DNA of 64,000 bases from a virus. The stretch lies in the IMG/VR virus record IMGVR_UViG_3300028394_000037. One strand, given 5' to 3'. Below the pieces are notes generated by a model. It was not told where the DNA came from, did not search any database, and saw only the letters and a list, made by a program, of their open reading frames with translations. Shown one piece after another: positions 43,934 through 55,606 of the stretch. Every line of letters starts with the position of its first letter. Position 1 is the stretch's first letter. A program made the position numbers and the translations under genes.

Positions 43934-45334
43934 TTAGATTAAACCAAAAGGATTGCGCTCACTAAAATCTAGTATATCATTTGCTTCACTTTGAATATCT
44001 ATATTATCAGAATATCCAGTATCAGATCCATTTGTATCAATTATTCTTATTTTGAATGATGCAGAAGAAGAAGATCCAACCACAGTTTCTCCAAGAGAAA
44101 ATTCACCAGAAACATTTGATACATCTAGTTTATTTGTAGTATAATTCCAATTTCTTACTCTTGCCGTTGTTCCACTATAGGATCCTGTTATAACTTCATT
44201 GAACAAGAAAGTTCCAATACCACCAACAGGGGGTGGTGATATACTTATTGTAGTTCCAGTATATCCAAAACCACCATCTTTGATACGAATAGATGTAATA
44301 GTACCAGAAGAGCTAACAATTGCCTCTGCAGATGCTGCGGATAAATTAAATCCACTAAATGAAACTGTTGGTGGATTTACATATCCTGATCCTCCATTAG
44401 TAACAGTAATTATTCCAATTACTCCATTGTTTATTATAGCAGTAGCATATGCTCCAGAACCTCCTCCACCAATAAATGCAACTTTTGGAGCAACTGTATA
44501 TCCATATCCAGAATTTATTATTTCTACGCTTTGTACTGATTTTGATACCGAATTCACATTTTGATTACATACAACAATACCATCAATCATTATTGCTGTA
44601 GCAATTCCAGTTTTACCTCCTGATGGTGCAGAAGAAATTGCTACTCTTGGAATACTGGTGTATCCACCTCCTCTATTTGAAACAATGATTGAACGTATTC
44701 CGCCATTTACAATATTACCTATTGCATAAGCAGTTGATGATGATCCTACTAAAGTTAAAGTTTGTGTTGGTCCAAATTGTTCTGGAATACTTCTTGGATC
44801 TTTTAAATTCTGATCAATCTCATCAATATTTGTATCAATAATCTCATCTTCATATCTAAATAACTCACATTTTAGTGTATAAACGTAAGTTTTTTTTAGT
44901 TGATAAAATGGTTGTTCGTGCTCTACAAATTTAATCTCAAATAAACGATTTCCTAGTGGAAAGAATATTAAATCACCTTCTTTTGGTCTGGTTGATAATT
45001 TAGTATCCGCTTCATCTCTTATTAATGGTGTAATATAATTTTCAAAACGTTCTTTTGAAATTGTAATTCTTAATTCGTTTAGTGCCTGTATGCCAAATTT
45101 TGAAAGTATGGTTGTATTATCACCATATCCCTCATAATTTTCAATATAAGCTTCAATTGGAAAATTAATATCAAATGTTGATTGAATAACTTCTTTTATA
45201 ATTGTTTTTTCAGTTATATATTTTCTAGGCAAATAATATACATCAACACCATACATTCTTAATTGTTCATTGATTAAATCTTGAACGAGACCTTGCTCTG
45301 TTTCGGACCCTTGAAGAAAAAATGGATTTAACAT
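43934..45334 (-). CDS. gp14: Neck protein with an inserted Gly-rich beta-repeat region
   Basis: LNPFF, YYLPR, RPKEGDLIFFP, FVEHEQPFYQL, DFSERNPFG. Confidence 0.94.
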   Translation of the reverse strand: MLNPFFLQGSETEQGLVQDLINEQLRMYGVDVYYLPRKYITEKTIIKEVIQSTFDINFPIEAYIENYEGYGDNTTILSKFGIQALNELRITISKERFENYITPLIRDEADTKLSTRPKEGDLIFFPLGNRLFEIKFVEHEQPFYQLKKTYVYTLKCELFRYEDEIIDTNIDEIDQNLKDPRSIPEQFGPTQTLTLVGSSSTAYAIGNIVNGGIRSIIVSNRGGGYTSIPRVAISSAPSGGKTGIATAIMIDGIVVCNQNVNSVSKSVQSVEIINSGYGYTVAPKVAFIGGGGSGAYATAIINNGVIGIITVTNGGSGYVNPPTVSFSGFNLSAASAEAIVSSSGTITSIRIKDGGFGYTGTTISISPPPVGGIGTFLFNEVITGSYSGTTARVRNWNYTTNKLDVSNVSGEFSLGETVVGSSSSASFKIRIIDTNGSDTGYSDNIDIQSEANDILDFSERNPFGLI

Positions 45335-46179
45335 TATCCTATCATATCAAAGGGTGGAAGTTCATATGTGCTTGACATTTTTTCCATTATAATATCAATT
45401 TCTCTTTGTGCATCATCGTACATTTGTCTTCCATTAAGTTCTACCCCTCCAGGAAGTTTTACTCCTTGGAATTTAATTAAGTTTTGTCCCCACTGTTTTT
45501 TAATTAATGAAGTTAAATATGGTTTTAAAAATGAATCATTCCATACTCTACTATAATCATTTGGATTTAATGTACTGTAACAATCTATAATTAAATAATT
45601 TCCAACAGAAACAGCTCCCCAATCAATATCCAAATACAATCTATCTTGTCTTTTATTGAACCTAATTTGTTTCTGGGTTGTCAATAACCAATCAAGATCC
45701 TCAAGATATGTTTTGACCATTGCATAACTCAAAAGTTCTGTAGTTCCCCAGTAGTAAATATCATTTAAAAATAATTGATATTTGACACTGAACATATTGT
45801 GAGTAATTGTATTTGTCCCATCATAATGAAAAATTTTAGTTACACCGATAACTGATGGTGGGATTTCCAAATAATTACTATTTTCAGTGTAATTGAATGT
45901 ATTTGCTACTCCAACAATATTTGCTGTAACTGAAGTTGATGCTAAACCAACGACAGAATTATTTCCTGGGGCTCTTCCTCTATCAATATCCTTTTGAGTT
46001 ATCTTATATTTAAAATATGTTTGATAAACTCCATCAAAATGACGTTCTTGGAATAATTGGATTGCATCATCTACAAGATCATCAATCTGTTCATCTGCAA
46101 CATTAATCTCAAGTACTGGAGCACCCAATTTTCTTTTACAATAATCTATCAATTCTTGTCTAGTAGTTGGTTGCGCCAT
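45334..46179 (-). CDS. gp13: Neck protein
   Basis: LGAPVLEINV, ERHFDG, QWGQNLIKF.GV.LPGGVELNG. Confidence 0.95.
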   Translation of the reverse strand: MAQPTTRQELIDYCKRKLGAPVLEINVADEQIDDLVDDAIQLFQERHFDGVYQTYFKYKITQKDIDRGRAPGNNSVVGLASTSVTANIVGVANTFNYTENSNYLEIPPSVIGVTKIFHYDGTNTITHNMFSVKYQLFLNDIYYWGTTELLSYAMVKTYLEDLDWLLTTQKQIRFNKRQDRLYLDIDWGAVSVGNYLIIDCYSTLNPNDYSRVWNDSFLKPYLTSLIKKQWGQNLIKFQGVKLPGGVELNGRQMYDDAQREIDIIMEKMSSTYELPPFDMIG

Positions 46180-46208
46180 TTATTTTTATCCGTTAAAAAT
46201 ATTTATGA

Positions 46209-46382
46209 TTATAAACTTGCTAATTTTGAAACTACCTCTTGTTGCTTTAAATAAAGTTTATAATAACATTTTGCGATGTTTTTAATATTTTCAATGTCAT
46301 ATATGTTATCTATTTCAGAACAAACTTTAAAGTATTCAAAACTTTTTGTTAAATTTTCAAGCTGAATTTCATCAGGATTCAT
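46209..46382 (-). CDS. Small helical protein, 57 aa, NblA-like pattern (not in ORF track)
   Basis: MNPDEIQLENLTKSFEYFKVCSEIDNIYDIENIKNIAKCYYKLYLKQQEVVSKLASL; SD AGGAG upstream; fills the gap before g13. Confidence 0.65.
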   Translation of the reverse strand: MNPDEIQLENLTKSFEYFKVCSEIDNIYDIENIKNIAKCYYKLYLKQQEVVSKLASL

Positions 46383-46596
46383 TGACTAAACTCCTAAGTA
46401 AAGATTTTATTTCATCAAGATCATTTTTTATACTAGCAACATCAGACTCAAGATTCTGTATTTTTTGATTCTTTTCACTTTTTGAATCTCTTCTTGTAAT
46501 GTATTCTTGATATTCTGACATATTAATATTTACAATAGAATTTGTATTTGGATCTCTCATTAAATCTGAATGTCCCTCTACTTTCAAATAATTCAT
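46372..46596 (-). CDS. Small conserved coiled-coil protein
   Basis: KVEGHSDLMRDPNTNSIVN followed by a coiled coil; start MNYLK. Confidence 0.75.
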   Translation of the reverse strand: MNYLKVEGHSDLMRDPNTNSIVNINMSEYQEYITRRDSKSEKNQKIQNLESDVASIKNDLDEIKSLLRSLVNES

Positions 46597-46597
46597 A

Positions 46598-49500
46598 TTA
46601 TGCAAGTGCAATTACTTTCAAGTCCTTCATTCTAGGAACATACACTTGATTAGTTGATGTCATAATAATTTTAATTCTGTATGATCTAAATGATTGTAAA
46701 TTGCCTGATGTAAATACATATTCTTTATATTCAATATCTGAAGGAGAAAATCCCATAGAAGTTGTTTGAGAAATAAAGTTATCAGAACTACCATCACTAT
46801 TCTCAAAATTTATAATTTGTTTTTGTGTATTTAAATTATTATATCCAGGAAAAGGTATAAATATTGGATTGAAGTTTTGTGAAGAACTTACTGCATAAAA
46901 TGCACGAATATCACAATATGGATTTACGTGTGCATTTAATATTATTTTTATAGCGGAAGCTGAATTTTCTAAAATAATTTCTTTAGAAATATATTGGAAT
47001 GCAGTTGGATCATTATCTATAGTGTTTGATTTACTATCTGTAGCATAATTTGTAATTACACTATTAATTCTATTTGATGTTAAAATTGTACTGATTCTTT
47101 GTGTATCTACCATTGGACTCAATTTAGTATCAATTGTATTGAGTGATAGTCTCATATTAAGTGATTTATTTCCAGGTAAAGTTGAAAGTTTATTACTTTC
47201 ATTTACTTTGGATGCAATAATTCTGGGACTATTATAATAATTTGATTTATTTAATGCAATTGATTCAAATCCATTATCAACGTAAGATAATTCATTTCCA
47301 CTTATACTAGTTCCAGAAATTGATCTTAATTCAGCACTTAAAGAAGTTCCTTGAACTGTAAGATTGTGTACTACCGGAGTAATAATTTCATATGGTATAT
47401 TCTGAGTTGCTCTGATATTAAACCCACCAGTAGATTTAGTTTGATTTAAAAATAGTTTGGGATATCCATTATCAGTACTTCTATCAGTACCGTCCGTTGT
47501 CATATCAATCTTAATATTGTACGAATCTAATGTTATTGGATTGCTGATAGAAACATCATTTAAATAATGAGTCTTATTAATTCTTCTTAAAGAAACTCCT
47601 CCCAATTCATACTTATAAACTGGAGTTCCTACTGGATAATTTTTGGGATTTGATCCTCTAACTATAGTTCCATTAATCACTCCTGGAGAAGTTGATGTAT
47701 ATGAAATAATTTCATCACCAATTAAGATATATCCTTTATTGGTTGTTCCCACTCCAACATTTTCAAAAGTTGATAGATTTGATGTACTTTCTACAGAAAT
47801 ATTAGAACTGGAATTTGTATTATATGCAACAGACAGTTTTGTTGGTTTTACATCAGATTCAACATTTGAAATTGTCACATAGTTATCTTTTGAATACATT
47901 CCATGATTTTTATGATCAACTAAAATATGAAGTCCATCACTAATTGCGTTGATATTTGATATTTGAACATCTCCACCATTGGAATAGTTTAATATTGTAG
48001 TTATACCAGAACTATTAATATATTGAAGTGTTTTTCCGGTTCCAACAACAACAAAATCACCCTGAACATTATTCAAAATTAATTGATTAGTACTTCCAAT
48101 TGAAACAATAGAGAATTTTGCATCACCACCAGTGCCACTATTTCCAATTGTTGTTATACCCAAAACATCTCCAATTTGATATCCACTACCACCTGCTACA
48201 ATTGTTGCTGCAATTGCAACACCTTGACTTATAGTAATATCTGCAGTTGCATTTGCGCCATAACCTGTAATACTAGTTAAATTTACGTTGTTGAAAGTAT
48301 ATGATCCTGATGATGGAGTGTAACCAATACCCGCATTGATAACATTTAACGATGATGTTGCACTTCCTGCACTTCCAACATAATTTCCAGTAGCATTAGT
48401 TCCAAGTTGTAAAACTGTATTTCCAAATGCTAATCCAGAATCTGCAATGGTTGTACCCAAACCTACTCTAATATTTCTAGATGATAAATTAATTGAATTT
48501 GGCATCAATACTGGAATTTGATTATTTCCTTCAGATAATTCTGGATTATAAAATTCAACTGTACCTGATTTTATGAAATCTGCACGATAAAGAACAAATT
48601 TCAAATCTTCCCATTGACTTGCTTCCCAAGTGGAAGTATTTTGTGATTTGAATAAGTATCCAAGATATGGTTGATTAGATATGAATGATTGTGACAGTAG
48701 ATCATTCTCACCAATTCTTGATACATAAATGCTATATTTTGTAGAATTTGATGATACGCAAATTGCATATTCTTTACCACCTTCCAGATATACCGGAGAT
48801 TTGAAAATAAATGAAGTTGCTACAGAAGAATTTGATGAAATACTAACCTCAGATGAATCTAATGTAACTTCAGAAAATGGTAGTATCTTTTGAGTTGGAA
48901 TTCCATTTTCAATTGTTCTGAGTTGTAGTGTAACTGGAATATCCATATCATCTTTTGATTTAAAGAAGATATCACATCTTGTCAAAAAGATTCCTGTTGA
49001 ATCTTCAACCAAGAACGATTGTGCAATAGGATCATACCAACTAACAACAACATCTTTATTTGATTTATTTGCTAATATTCCCGCTCCAGAAACAATTTGC
49101 GTTCCTGTTGTTTTTGATACTAATTTATTATTAAATTCTTTTTTATTTTGTATTCTTGTATTTCTTATTGAAATTATATCATCTTGGACTGTTTCCAAAA
49201 TACCTGTAGATGAAAATCCTTCTTCTGCAGTTGTATTTGCTAGATTTGAATCATTTATATCATTATCAATAAAACTGAGTACTTTATTTCCAATTTCAAA
49301 TCTTGGATTTTCAAGAACATTTGGATTTGGAATAAAGAAACATCCAGTTAAAGTTGATGATAAATCTGATATTAATCGTACATTTGTAATTGTTGCTTGA
49401 GCACCACTTCTTTGTCCAACTAAAATCATATTAGATTCTACCCATCCACTAAACTCACCTTGAGTTTGATTTGCTAAAGAAAATGTGTCTACATTTAATA

Positions 49501-52500
49501 TAGTTGAGGTTGATGAATAATTTCCTTGAAGTATTTGACTTGTGTATGGATTAAATGGATATGTTGAAGTTGCTGAATTATAAGGACCATCTTTATGATT
49601 TGATTGTGCAACTCTAAATGTTATACTTGGTGTTGTTTGTTCAATATTTGGTCCAAGTCCAGTATTTCTTACAGTTCCAACAACAGTTTCTCCAACAGAA
49701 AATACCCCAGAGATCATAGATATCTCTAATAGTTTTGGAGTACAATATTTGCTTACATTAACTCCATCAAAGAAAGCATAAAGTCTAGTTAATGGTTTTA
49801 ATTTCTTAGCAACAAATTGAACATTTCTAGATCTCATATAAGAAATGAGATCTTTATTTACAACTTTATCACCAATAGATGACTTATCAAATTGATCAGA
49901 AACAATTGTTGTTCCTATTTTTTGAGGTACAACTTCTTTAACTTGATTTCTTACTATAGTTGATACTTGCGTATCATATACAGATCTTCCCCACTCACTA
50001 CCAGATATCATAGATGAATATTTTGGAGTTTCAATAATATCCTTACCAACCCAAATAGTTTCCCAAGAATCCCAAAGAACTGGAGCGAATCCAATTTGAG
50101 AATCCATATCTATGGTTCTTGATGCAAGAGATAATATCTCTGAGTAATTTCCTTCAGTGTTACTGCTTTTTGCATTTATTCTAACAGTATCCATCCAACT
50201 ATCAGATGCTGGAGTAATCTCAATAGAACCTTGCCAGAAACTGATAATAAATGGAGTTACATTTTCTGATCTTGTAGCAAAAGATTGTTTCAACCATTCA
50301 ATTTCAGCATAATCAAGAGTGATAATATCTCCAGTTTTTCTTGTATTGATTCCATCTATAACTGAAAATTCCAAATCTTCTGATGGATCAACATTAGTAA
50401 CTGGTCCAACAATCAAATCAACGGAATTTGTATAATGTTTTGGACGTAATTCTTTATTTGAAATATCTATACTATTTTTATACTCAACTCCATTTTCTTG
50501 TGGAAATAATGAACTAAAATTATCCACAAAGAAACCGGATTTAAATCTATTGAATCCATTTTCATCAGAAACAAAAAGATTTGCAGTATTTGTTTCTAAT
50601 AAAGATAGTGATGTATAATACTCCAGATTTTTTATTCTATTCTCAAGTTGTTTAATATCAACCATTCTATATTTTTTATGCTCCAAAAATCTTAAAGAAC
50701 TTTGGGATACATTATACAAATATGGAGGTAACATTACTGATGATATCTCCATTGCATCATCTACAGATATGGGAAGATCAGGTTTTTCTGATGGTGTTCC
50801 ATATTTTATTTGAAATTTTCCATCCTTTGTTAGGTATACTCTGTCAATTCTACCAAGATAGAATGAAAAAGTTGTGACAATAGATTCATCTGATGCAAGA
50901 ATGTTAGCAGCAGAATTTCCAGAAGAATTGAAGGTTCTTCCATAAAATTCTAATGGAGATCTTGAACCTATAGAAACACTATAGTTAGAAACTCTTGGTC
51001 TAATATCAATTAAATCAGTATTTCTGATATTATCTACACTCTGTATTTCTTTACCATAGTTAAATGTATCATATGACTGAACTGTAGTGACATCTCCAGA
51101 ATCTGATGATTGATAATATCCATTGGAAAAGTATATCTTTAATTTTTTGGATGGCTCTAAAGCATTTGATTTTCTATTAATTGTTCCGTAATTATAAAAT
51201 GATCCATTTTGTCCATTATCATAACTATAATTAAATGATACATCAAAACTTGTTGAAGTTAATGTAGTAATTGTTGCCCTAACTTTAGATTCTTCAAATA
51301 TTACAGTTTCACCTTCCTTAAAATTGTATTGATTTTTTGAAACAAATGAAATCTGATAATCGGTTAGTTTTTCCGCGCAGATTGCAACAGCACCACTACT
51401 TTGTCCTGTAAATTTTTCTCCGATAATTAAATCGGATGTTTTTGATGACGGACCATTTAATGATGATAAAACTACCTTTGGTGCAGATGCTGCAGTAATA
51501 TCGGATGATTCATAAATTGAATGAATTTCAATTATATCTGGAACATTTAAAGAAATTATTTCATCTTGAATTCTTGTGCCATATGGATAATTTCCATAAA
51601 TTAATCCATCATTCAATGTTCCAGATCCTGTTCCAGATGAACTATACTTTGATTTGTCAATAATTAATGTATTTACTCTATTTTTTATTTTTAATTTTGA
51701 TTTTATTTTAGACTTCTTAAGAGTAGTTATTAATGTTGCATTTGTATCATTTGATCCAAGATTGTTAATTTGTAACTGTAATGAATCAGATGTAATATTG
51801 ACATTATTTGACGTTAATATTTCTGTAGTACCATCAGATCTGATTAATGAGTATCTCTCATCGGAAAATGGTAGAAATGTCTCATTTGTCCCAGCAGTAA
51901 CTGCAGATGATAACTGATTTCCGGAAATATTAACATTTTGAATCTTTCTTATAGTTACATAAGAATCTGTTAAATCTATAGATTCTATATTATCTTTTGG
52001 TAATTTTGTATATAATGTGTTGTCACTTGAAGATGATAAAGATGATGTTATTATTTTTAAGTCTGTTACATTTAATGTACTAGATGGCAATTTACCTTCA
52101 ACTATACCAGTAATTGTAGTAACTCCAGATATTGTAATAGATGTTGATCCAACGCTTACAACTTTAGCAAAAACTGGATCTGAAGATCCTCCACTATACT
52201 TTATAATATTTTTTGCTCTTATATTTTTTCCTGGAAATTGAGGATTTGAACTATATACCGTACTTATGCCACCACTCAAAGCTGAAATTGTTGCTATTCC
52301 AATATTGAATGAATCTGACTGAATTACATCTGCAGTAAATGTTGAAGCAGAACCAACAATACCATAAACAGATTTAATATCCGAGATTCCATATGAAGTA
52401 ACTGCTATTGCTACTCTATTATTTTCTATACCGTTAAATATAAATGATTCATTTGCAATAAATTCTCCAGACTTTTCATATACAGTTACTGCAGTCCCGG

Positions 52501-54022
52501 CTGAAACAGCATATCGTAGAAATGCTGTTGCACCACTAGATTTGCCCTTAATAAATGTAGGTATTGATAAATCAATTGGTTGATTTAATGTAATCTCTGA
52601 AATAGTTTGAATATCATATAATGAAATATCCCATTCATTTATATTTTTATTTGATGTATTGTATTTTCCAGATTCTAATCTAAAATCATAAACTCTTGCG
52701 ACACCTATTTCATTTCCTGGTGCGGTCGTTGAAGAATATCCAACACGTTCATCTCTTAAACTTAATATATAAGTATTTCCAATTCCAATTGTAGGTGTTC
52801 CATATACTCTATTTAATTTTAATGTTGATCCTGTATTGTAATTGATTGATTGATTTTTTATTGTCTTTGTTGTTCTTGGTTTTGGTACATCCAAAAATAT
52901 TGGAGATGTATTTTCAACTTCATACCCTCTTACAACAGATTTTCCTGGAGATATTTGATATATTGCTAAATCATCAGACGATGTTGATCCTCCATATGTA
53001 AATTGTCCAGAATTAAATATTCCACGATTTCCAACACCATCATTTAATGACTCTACTACAGAAATATTATATGGATTTATGTAATAATTTCCAGACTCTG
53101 CGTATGTTTTTTTTGCTAATTCATCTTTAACAAGATTATAATTTGATGAAACTGATTGAGATTTTATAATTCCATCATTAATTGTTGATAATTCTATAAA
53201 ATTGTTATCATTAAAATCTGCTAAATTCTTTTTATACAGTGAAACTGTTATTTTCAGTCTATCAGCACCTGGAGCAGCATAATTATTAAATCCTTGTGAA
53301 TTATCTGTTAAATTTTCATCAATATCTGCATTGATGATTTCTTCATTTATAAATAAACCAACTCTATAGTTAGGTTTATTTGTATATTGATCTAAAATTA
53401 ATGTCTCTGTATTTACATTTACAAATTGTCCACGAATAAAATATACACCATTAGTGATAGAAAATGCAGATCCTACTGATGTTGAATTATTTGCAATTGT
53501 AGATGCAAATACACTACCTGAAGGAATTGATGTATTTCCAAGAAGTCCAGATATAATAGTTACACTTGTTTCTAATAATTCATCGTCAGAGAACTGTTGT
53601 GTTGAATTATTTTGAGTATTTGATGAAATATAATTTACATATAATGTTACATTTCCTCTTTCTGAATCATTTGCAGATAGAACTTTTTCTACTACAGCAG
53701 TTACTCCAGAAGTCTGCCCTGTAATTTTTGTTCCTACAAGTTGACTTATATAAGCTTCTATTGGAATTCCAAGATATGTATTATTTAATTCAACTGCATA
53801 ATAAATTGCATTATAACCAGTATTTCCGGGAATAACTTTTGCGCCTTCTTTAAAGAAGTGTTGCCCAAATTTTTCAATTTGATTCTGTAATATTGACTGA
53901 AGAGTTGTTAATTCTCTTGCTTGAATTGGAATACCAGGTTTAAAAAGTACTTTATAGTAGTCATTATTTGCATCAAAATCGTCAAAATATGGTGATACAT
54001 TTAAATTAGTTTGCTGAGACAT
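46598..54022 (-). CDS. Very large virion structural protein (DUF4815-like, baseplate or tail associated)
   Basis: NLNVSPYFDDF, QARELTTLQSILQNQ, APGADRL, RFKSGFFVDNF, DPIAQSF, EDLKF; between g8 and g13. Confidence 0.88.
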   Translation of the reverse strand: MSQQTNLNVSPYFDDFDANNDYYKVLFKPGIPIQARELTTLQSILQNQIEKFGQHFFKEGAKVIPGNTGYNAIYYAVELNNTYLGIPIEAYISQLVGTKITGQTSGVTAVVEKVLSANDSERGNVTLYVNYISSNTQNNSTQQFSDDELLETSVTIISGLLGNTSIPSGSVFASTIANNSTSVGSAFSITNGVYFIRGQFVNVNTETLILDQYTNKPNYRVGLFINEEIINADIDENLTDNSQGFNNYAAPGADRLKITVSLYKKNLADFNDNNFIELSTINDGIIKSQSVSSNYNLVKDELAKKTYAESGNYYINPYNISVVESLNDGVGNRGIFNSGQFTYGGSTSSDDLAIYQISPGKSVVRGYEVENTSPIFLDVPKPRTTKTIKNQSINYNTGSTLKLNRVYGTPTIGIGNTYILSLRDERVGYSSTTAPGNEIGVARVYDFRLESGKYNTSNKNINEWDISLYDIQTISEITLNQPIDLSIPTFIKGKSSGATAFLRYAVSAGTAVTVYEKSGEFIANESFIFNGIENNRVAIAVTSYGISDIKSVYGIVGSASTFTADVIQSDSFNIGIATISALSGGISTVYSSNPQFPGKNIRAKNIIKYSGGSSDPVFAKVVSVGSTSITISGVTTITGIVEGKLPSSTLNVTDLKIITSSLSSSSDNTLYTKLPKDNIESIDLTDSYVTIRKIQNVNISGNQLSSAVTAGTNETFLPFSDERYSLIRSDGTTEILTSNNVNITSDSLQLQINNLGSNDTNATLITTLKKSKIKSKLKIKNRVNTLIIDKSKYSSSGTGSGTLNDGLIYGNYPYGTRIQDEIISLNVPDIIEIHSIYESSDITAASAPKVVLSSLNGPSSKTSDLIIGEKFTGQSSGAVAICAEKLTDYQISFVSKNQYNFKEGETVIFEESKVRATITTLTSTSFDVSFNYSYDNGQNGSFYNYGTINRKSNALEPSKKLKIYFSNGYYQSSDSGDVTTVQSYDTFNYGKEIQSVDNIRNTDLIDIRPRVSNYSVSIGSRSPLEFYGRTFNSSGNSAANILASDESIVTTFSFYLGRIDRVYLTKDGKFQIKYGTPSEKPDLPISVDDAMEISSVMLPPYLYNVSQSSLRFLEHKKYRMVDIKQLENRIKNLEYYTSLSLLETNTANLFVSDENGFNRFKSGFFVDNFSSLFPQENGVEYKNSIDISNKELRPKHYTNSVDLIVGPVTNVDPSEDLEFSVIDGINTRKTGDIITLDYAEIEWLKQSFATRSENVTPFIISFWQGSIEITPASDSWMDTVRINAKSSNTEGNYSEILSLASRTIDMDSQIGFAPVLWDSWETIWVGKDIIETPKYSSMISGSEWGRSVYDTQVSTIVRNQVKEVVPQKIGTTIVSDQFDKSSIGDKVVNKDLISYMRSRNVQFVAKKLKPLTRLYAFFDGVNVSKYCTPKLLEISMISGVFSVGETVVGTVRNTGLGPNIEQTTPSITFRVAQSNHKDGPYNSATSTYPFNPYTSQILQGNYSSTSTILNVDTFSLANQTQGEFSGWVESNMILVGQRSGAQATITNVRLISDLSSTLTGCFFIPNPNVLENPRFEIGNKVLSFIDNDINDSNLANTTAEEGFSSTGILETVQDDIISIRNTRIQNKKEFNNKLVSKTTGTQIVSGAGILANKSNKDVVVSWYDPIAQSFLVEDSTGIFLTRCDIFFKSKDDMDIPVTLQLRTIENGIPTQKILPFSEVTLDSSEVSISSNSSVATSFIFKSPVYLEGGKEYAICVSSNSTKYSIYVSRIGENDLLSQSFISNQPYLGYLFKSQNTSTWEASQWEDLKFVLYRADFIKSGTVEFYNPELSEGNNQIPVLMPNSINLSSRNIRVGLGTTIADSGLAFGNTVLQLGTNATGNYVGSAGSATSSLNVINAGIGYTPSSGSYTFNNVNLTSITGYGANATADITISQGVAIAATIVAGGSGYQIGDVLGITTIGNSGTGGDAKFSIVSIGSTNQLILNNVQGDFVVVGTGKTLQYINSSGITTILNYSNGGDVQISNINAISDGLHILVDHKNHGMYSKDNYVTISNVESDVKPTKLSVAYNTNSSSNISVESTSNLSTFENVGVGTTNKGYILIGDEIISYTSTSPGVINGTIVRGSNPKNYPVGTPVYKYELGGVSLRRINKTHYLNDVSISNPITLDSYNIKIDMTTDGTDRSTDNGYPKLFLNQTKSTGGFNIRATQNIPYEIITPVVHNLTVQGTSLSAELRSISGTSISGNELSYVDNGFESIALNKSNYYNSPRIIASKVNESNKLSTLPGNKSLNMRLSLNTIDTKLSPMVDTQRISTILTSNRINSVITNYATDSKSNTIDNDPTAFQYISKEIILENSASAIKIILNAHVNPYCDIRAFYAVSSSQNFNPIFIPFPGYNNLNTQKQIINFENSDGSSDNFISQTTSMGFSPSDIEYKEYVFTSGNLQSFRSYRIKIIMTSTNQVYVPRMKDLKVIALA

Positions 54023-54028
54023 AATTCT

Positions 54029-55582
54029 TTAGAATTGCAAAATGACTTTAATATCTTCTTTTTGGTTAGATGATCTGGTTATTGATGGTCTATTATCAAC
54101 ATATATGATATTTCCTGAATATTTTTTTATCTCAGGAGTTGCAAGACCATTTACAAATGACTGACCTAAGTAATATGTTCTATTATTTATTGCAGTTGAT
54201 ATACCCGTAAATGTACTGTCTATTGAGAGAGTTGTCCCAGAATTTCCCGATACAACTAAACTTCCACCAGTAGAAGGTGAACTTGTAAATTGCGTAAGGT
54301 TAAAACTATACTGGGGGGTTGTTTGTGATGTTCCATCTGTGTTAAATCCGGATAGTGTCCTATCTTGCCAATACTTTAGTACTGCAGTAGTCTGATCGTA
54401 ACTTATAACTCTACCTACTGCGGTAACTCCAGTTGACACTGTTTGACTTATTAATGAATCTGCAGTAAATGATGCCGAACTATAACCTACTCCAGTTAAT
54501 CTTATTGCGTAAACAGCACTTGCTTTATCCAAAGACAAAATTTGAGTTGATCCATATGATTTCGGATTCTCAATAATACCAATTCTTGAGAATTCATTTC
54601 CAGTTATAAAATCTGGATTTTCATTATCATTTTCAATTCTAGAATATATCAATACATTATATGCTCCAAGTTCTCTATAAATATCATATCCGTGCCCACC
54701 CTTGGGAGGAATAATAACATCAAAAGTTGGTCTAGTTGTTCCTGTAGGAACTCCACCAGATACTAAATCTACATTTGCATAAGTATATCCAGATCCTTGA
54801 TTTGAGACTGTAATGGATTCTACTTGTTGATCATTGTTTATTACTATTGTGCATTCTGCTCCAGAACCATTACCTTTAATTGGAACTCTTGTATATGTTC
54901 TATTTGCCGTTCCTACACCAACACCTCTATTTGTAATTGATACGATTTTAATTGATCCATCAACTGCATTATTTCTTACAGATGAATTATTTGTATCAGT
55001 TTCCCAATTTGATGGGACTGGCATAAAATTTGTAGATTCAAATTTTACTATATCTGATGGATTGATTGTATATAGATATTTCCAAACGTATCCATCACCA
55101 CTTGTACCTGCCGATCTTGGTTCTAAGTCAGTAAAAGTTGGTTCATCAATTGATGGTTTTCCAGTTGGATTTTCTGGGTCCATTCCATTTTGTAAGCAAA
55201 TATAAACTCTATATTCACTATTTAAAACGTAATATGATGAAAAATATAGATTAGTTGAACCTGATACTTGAGCAGTATTTGACACATTATAATCGTGTCT
55301 GTACATATCATATTTTGTGCCAGAAGACCACATTCTTTTCTGAATTACTTGTCGTATATCATTTGAAGTAATCTTTTTCAAAGCAATCATATTATCCCAA
55401 TAATCATTCTCCTCATTAAAATTATCTTTAGGTGAGGGAGGATTTGCATTCCAATCAGTTTGAATGTCTGTCGGATTTGGTAGTCCAATAAAAGAATAAT
55501 ATGTATTCGTAGATGTTGTTACGCCAGATATAAAGTTCTTAGCATTCAATATTCTAATTTGGTCAGTTATAATAGCAGACAT
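54029..55582 (-). CDS. gp8: Baseplate wedge subunit
   Basis: MSAIITDQIRI, YDMYRHDY, VYICLQN, DGYVWKYLYTI, IYVDNR...QKEDIKVILQF. Confidence 0.93.
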   Translation of the reverse strand: MSAIITDQIRILNAKNFISGVTTSTNTYYSFIGLPNPTDIQTDWNANPPSPKDNFNEENDYWDNMIALKKITSNDIRQVIQKRMWSSGTKYDMYRHDYNVSNTAQVSGSTNLYFSSYYVLNSEYRVYICLQNGMDPENPTGKPSIDEPTFTDLEPRSAGTSGDGYVWKYLYTINPSDIVKFESTNFMPVPSNWETDTNNSSVRNNAVDGSIKIVSITNRGVGVGTANRTYTRVPIKGNGSGAECTIVINNDQQVESITVSNQGSGYTYANVDLVSGGVPTGTTRPTFDVIIPPKGGHGYDIYRELGAYNVLIYSRIENDNENPDFITGNEFSRIGIIENPKSYGSTQILSLDKASAVYAIRLTGVGYSSASFTADSLISQTVSTGVTAVGRVISYDQTTAVLKYWQDRTLSGFNTDGTSQTTPQYSFNLTQFTSSPSTGGSLVVSGNSGTTLSIDSTFTGISTAINNRTYYLGQSFVNGLATPEIKKYSGNIIYVDNRPSITRSSNQKEDIKVILQF

Positions 55583-55606
55583 TTTTATGGTTTTTTATTT
55601 ATTTAT

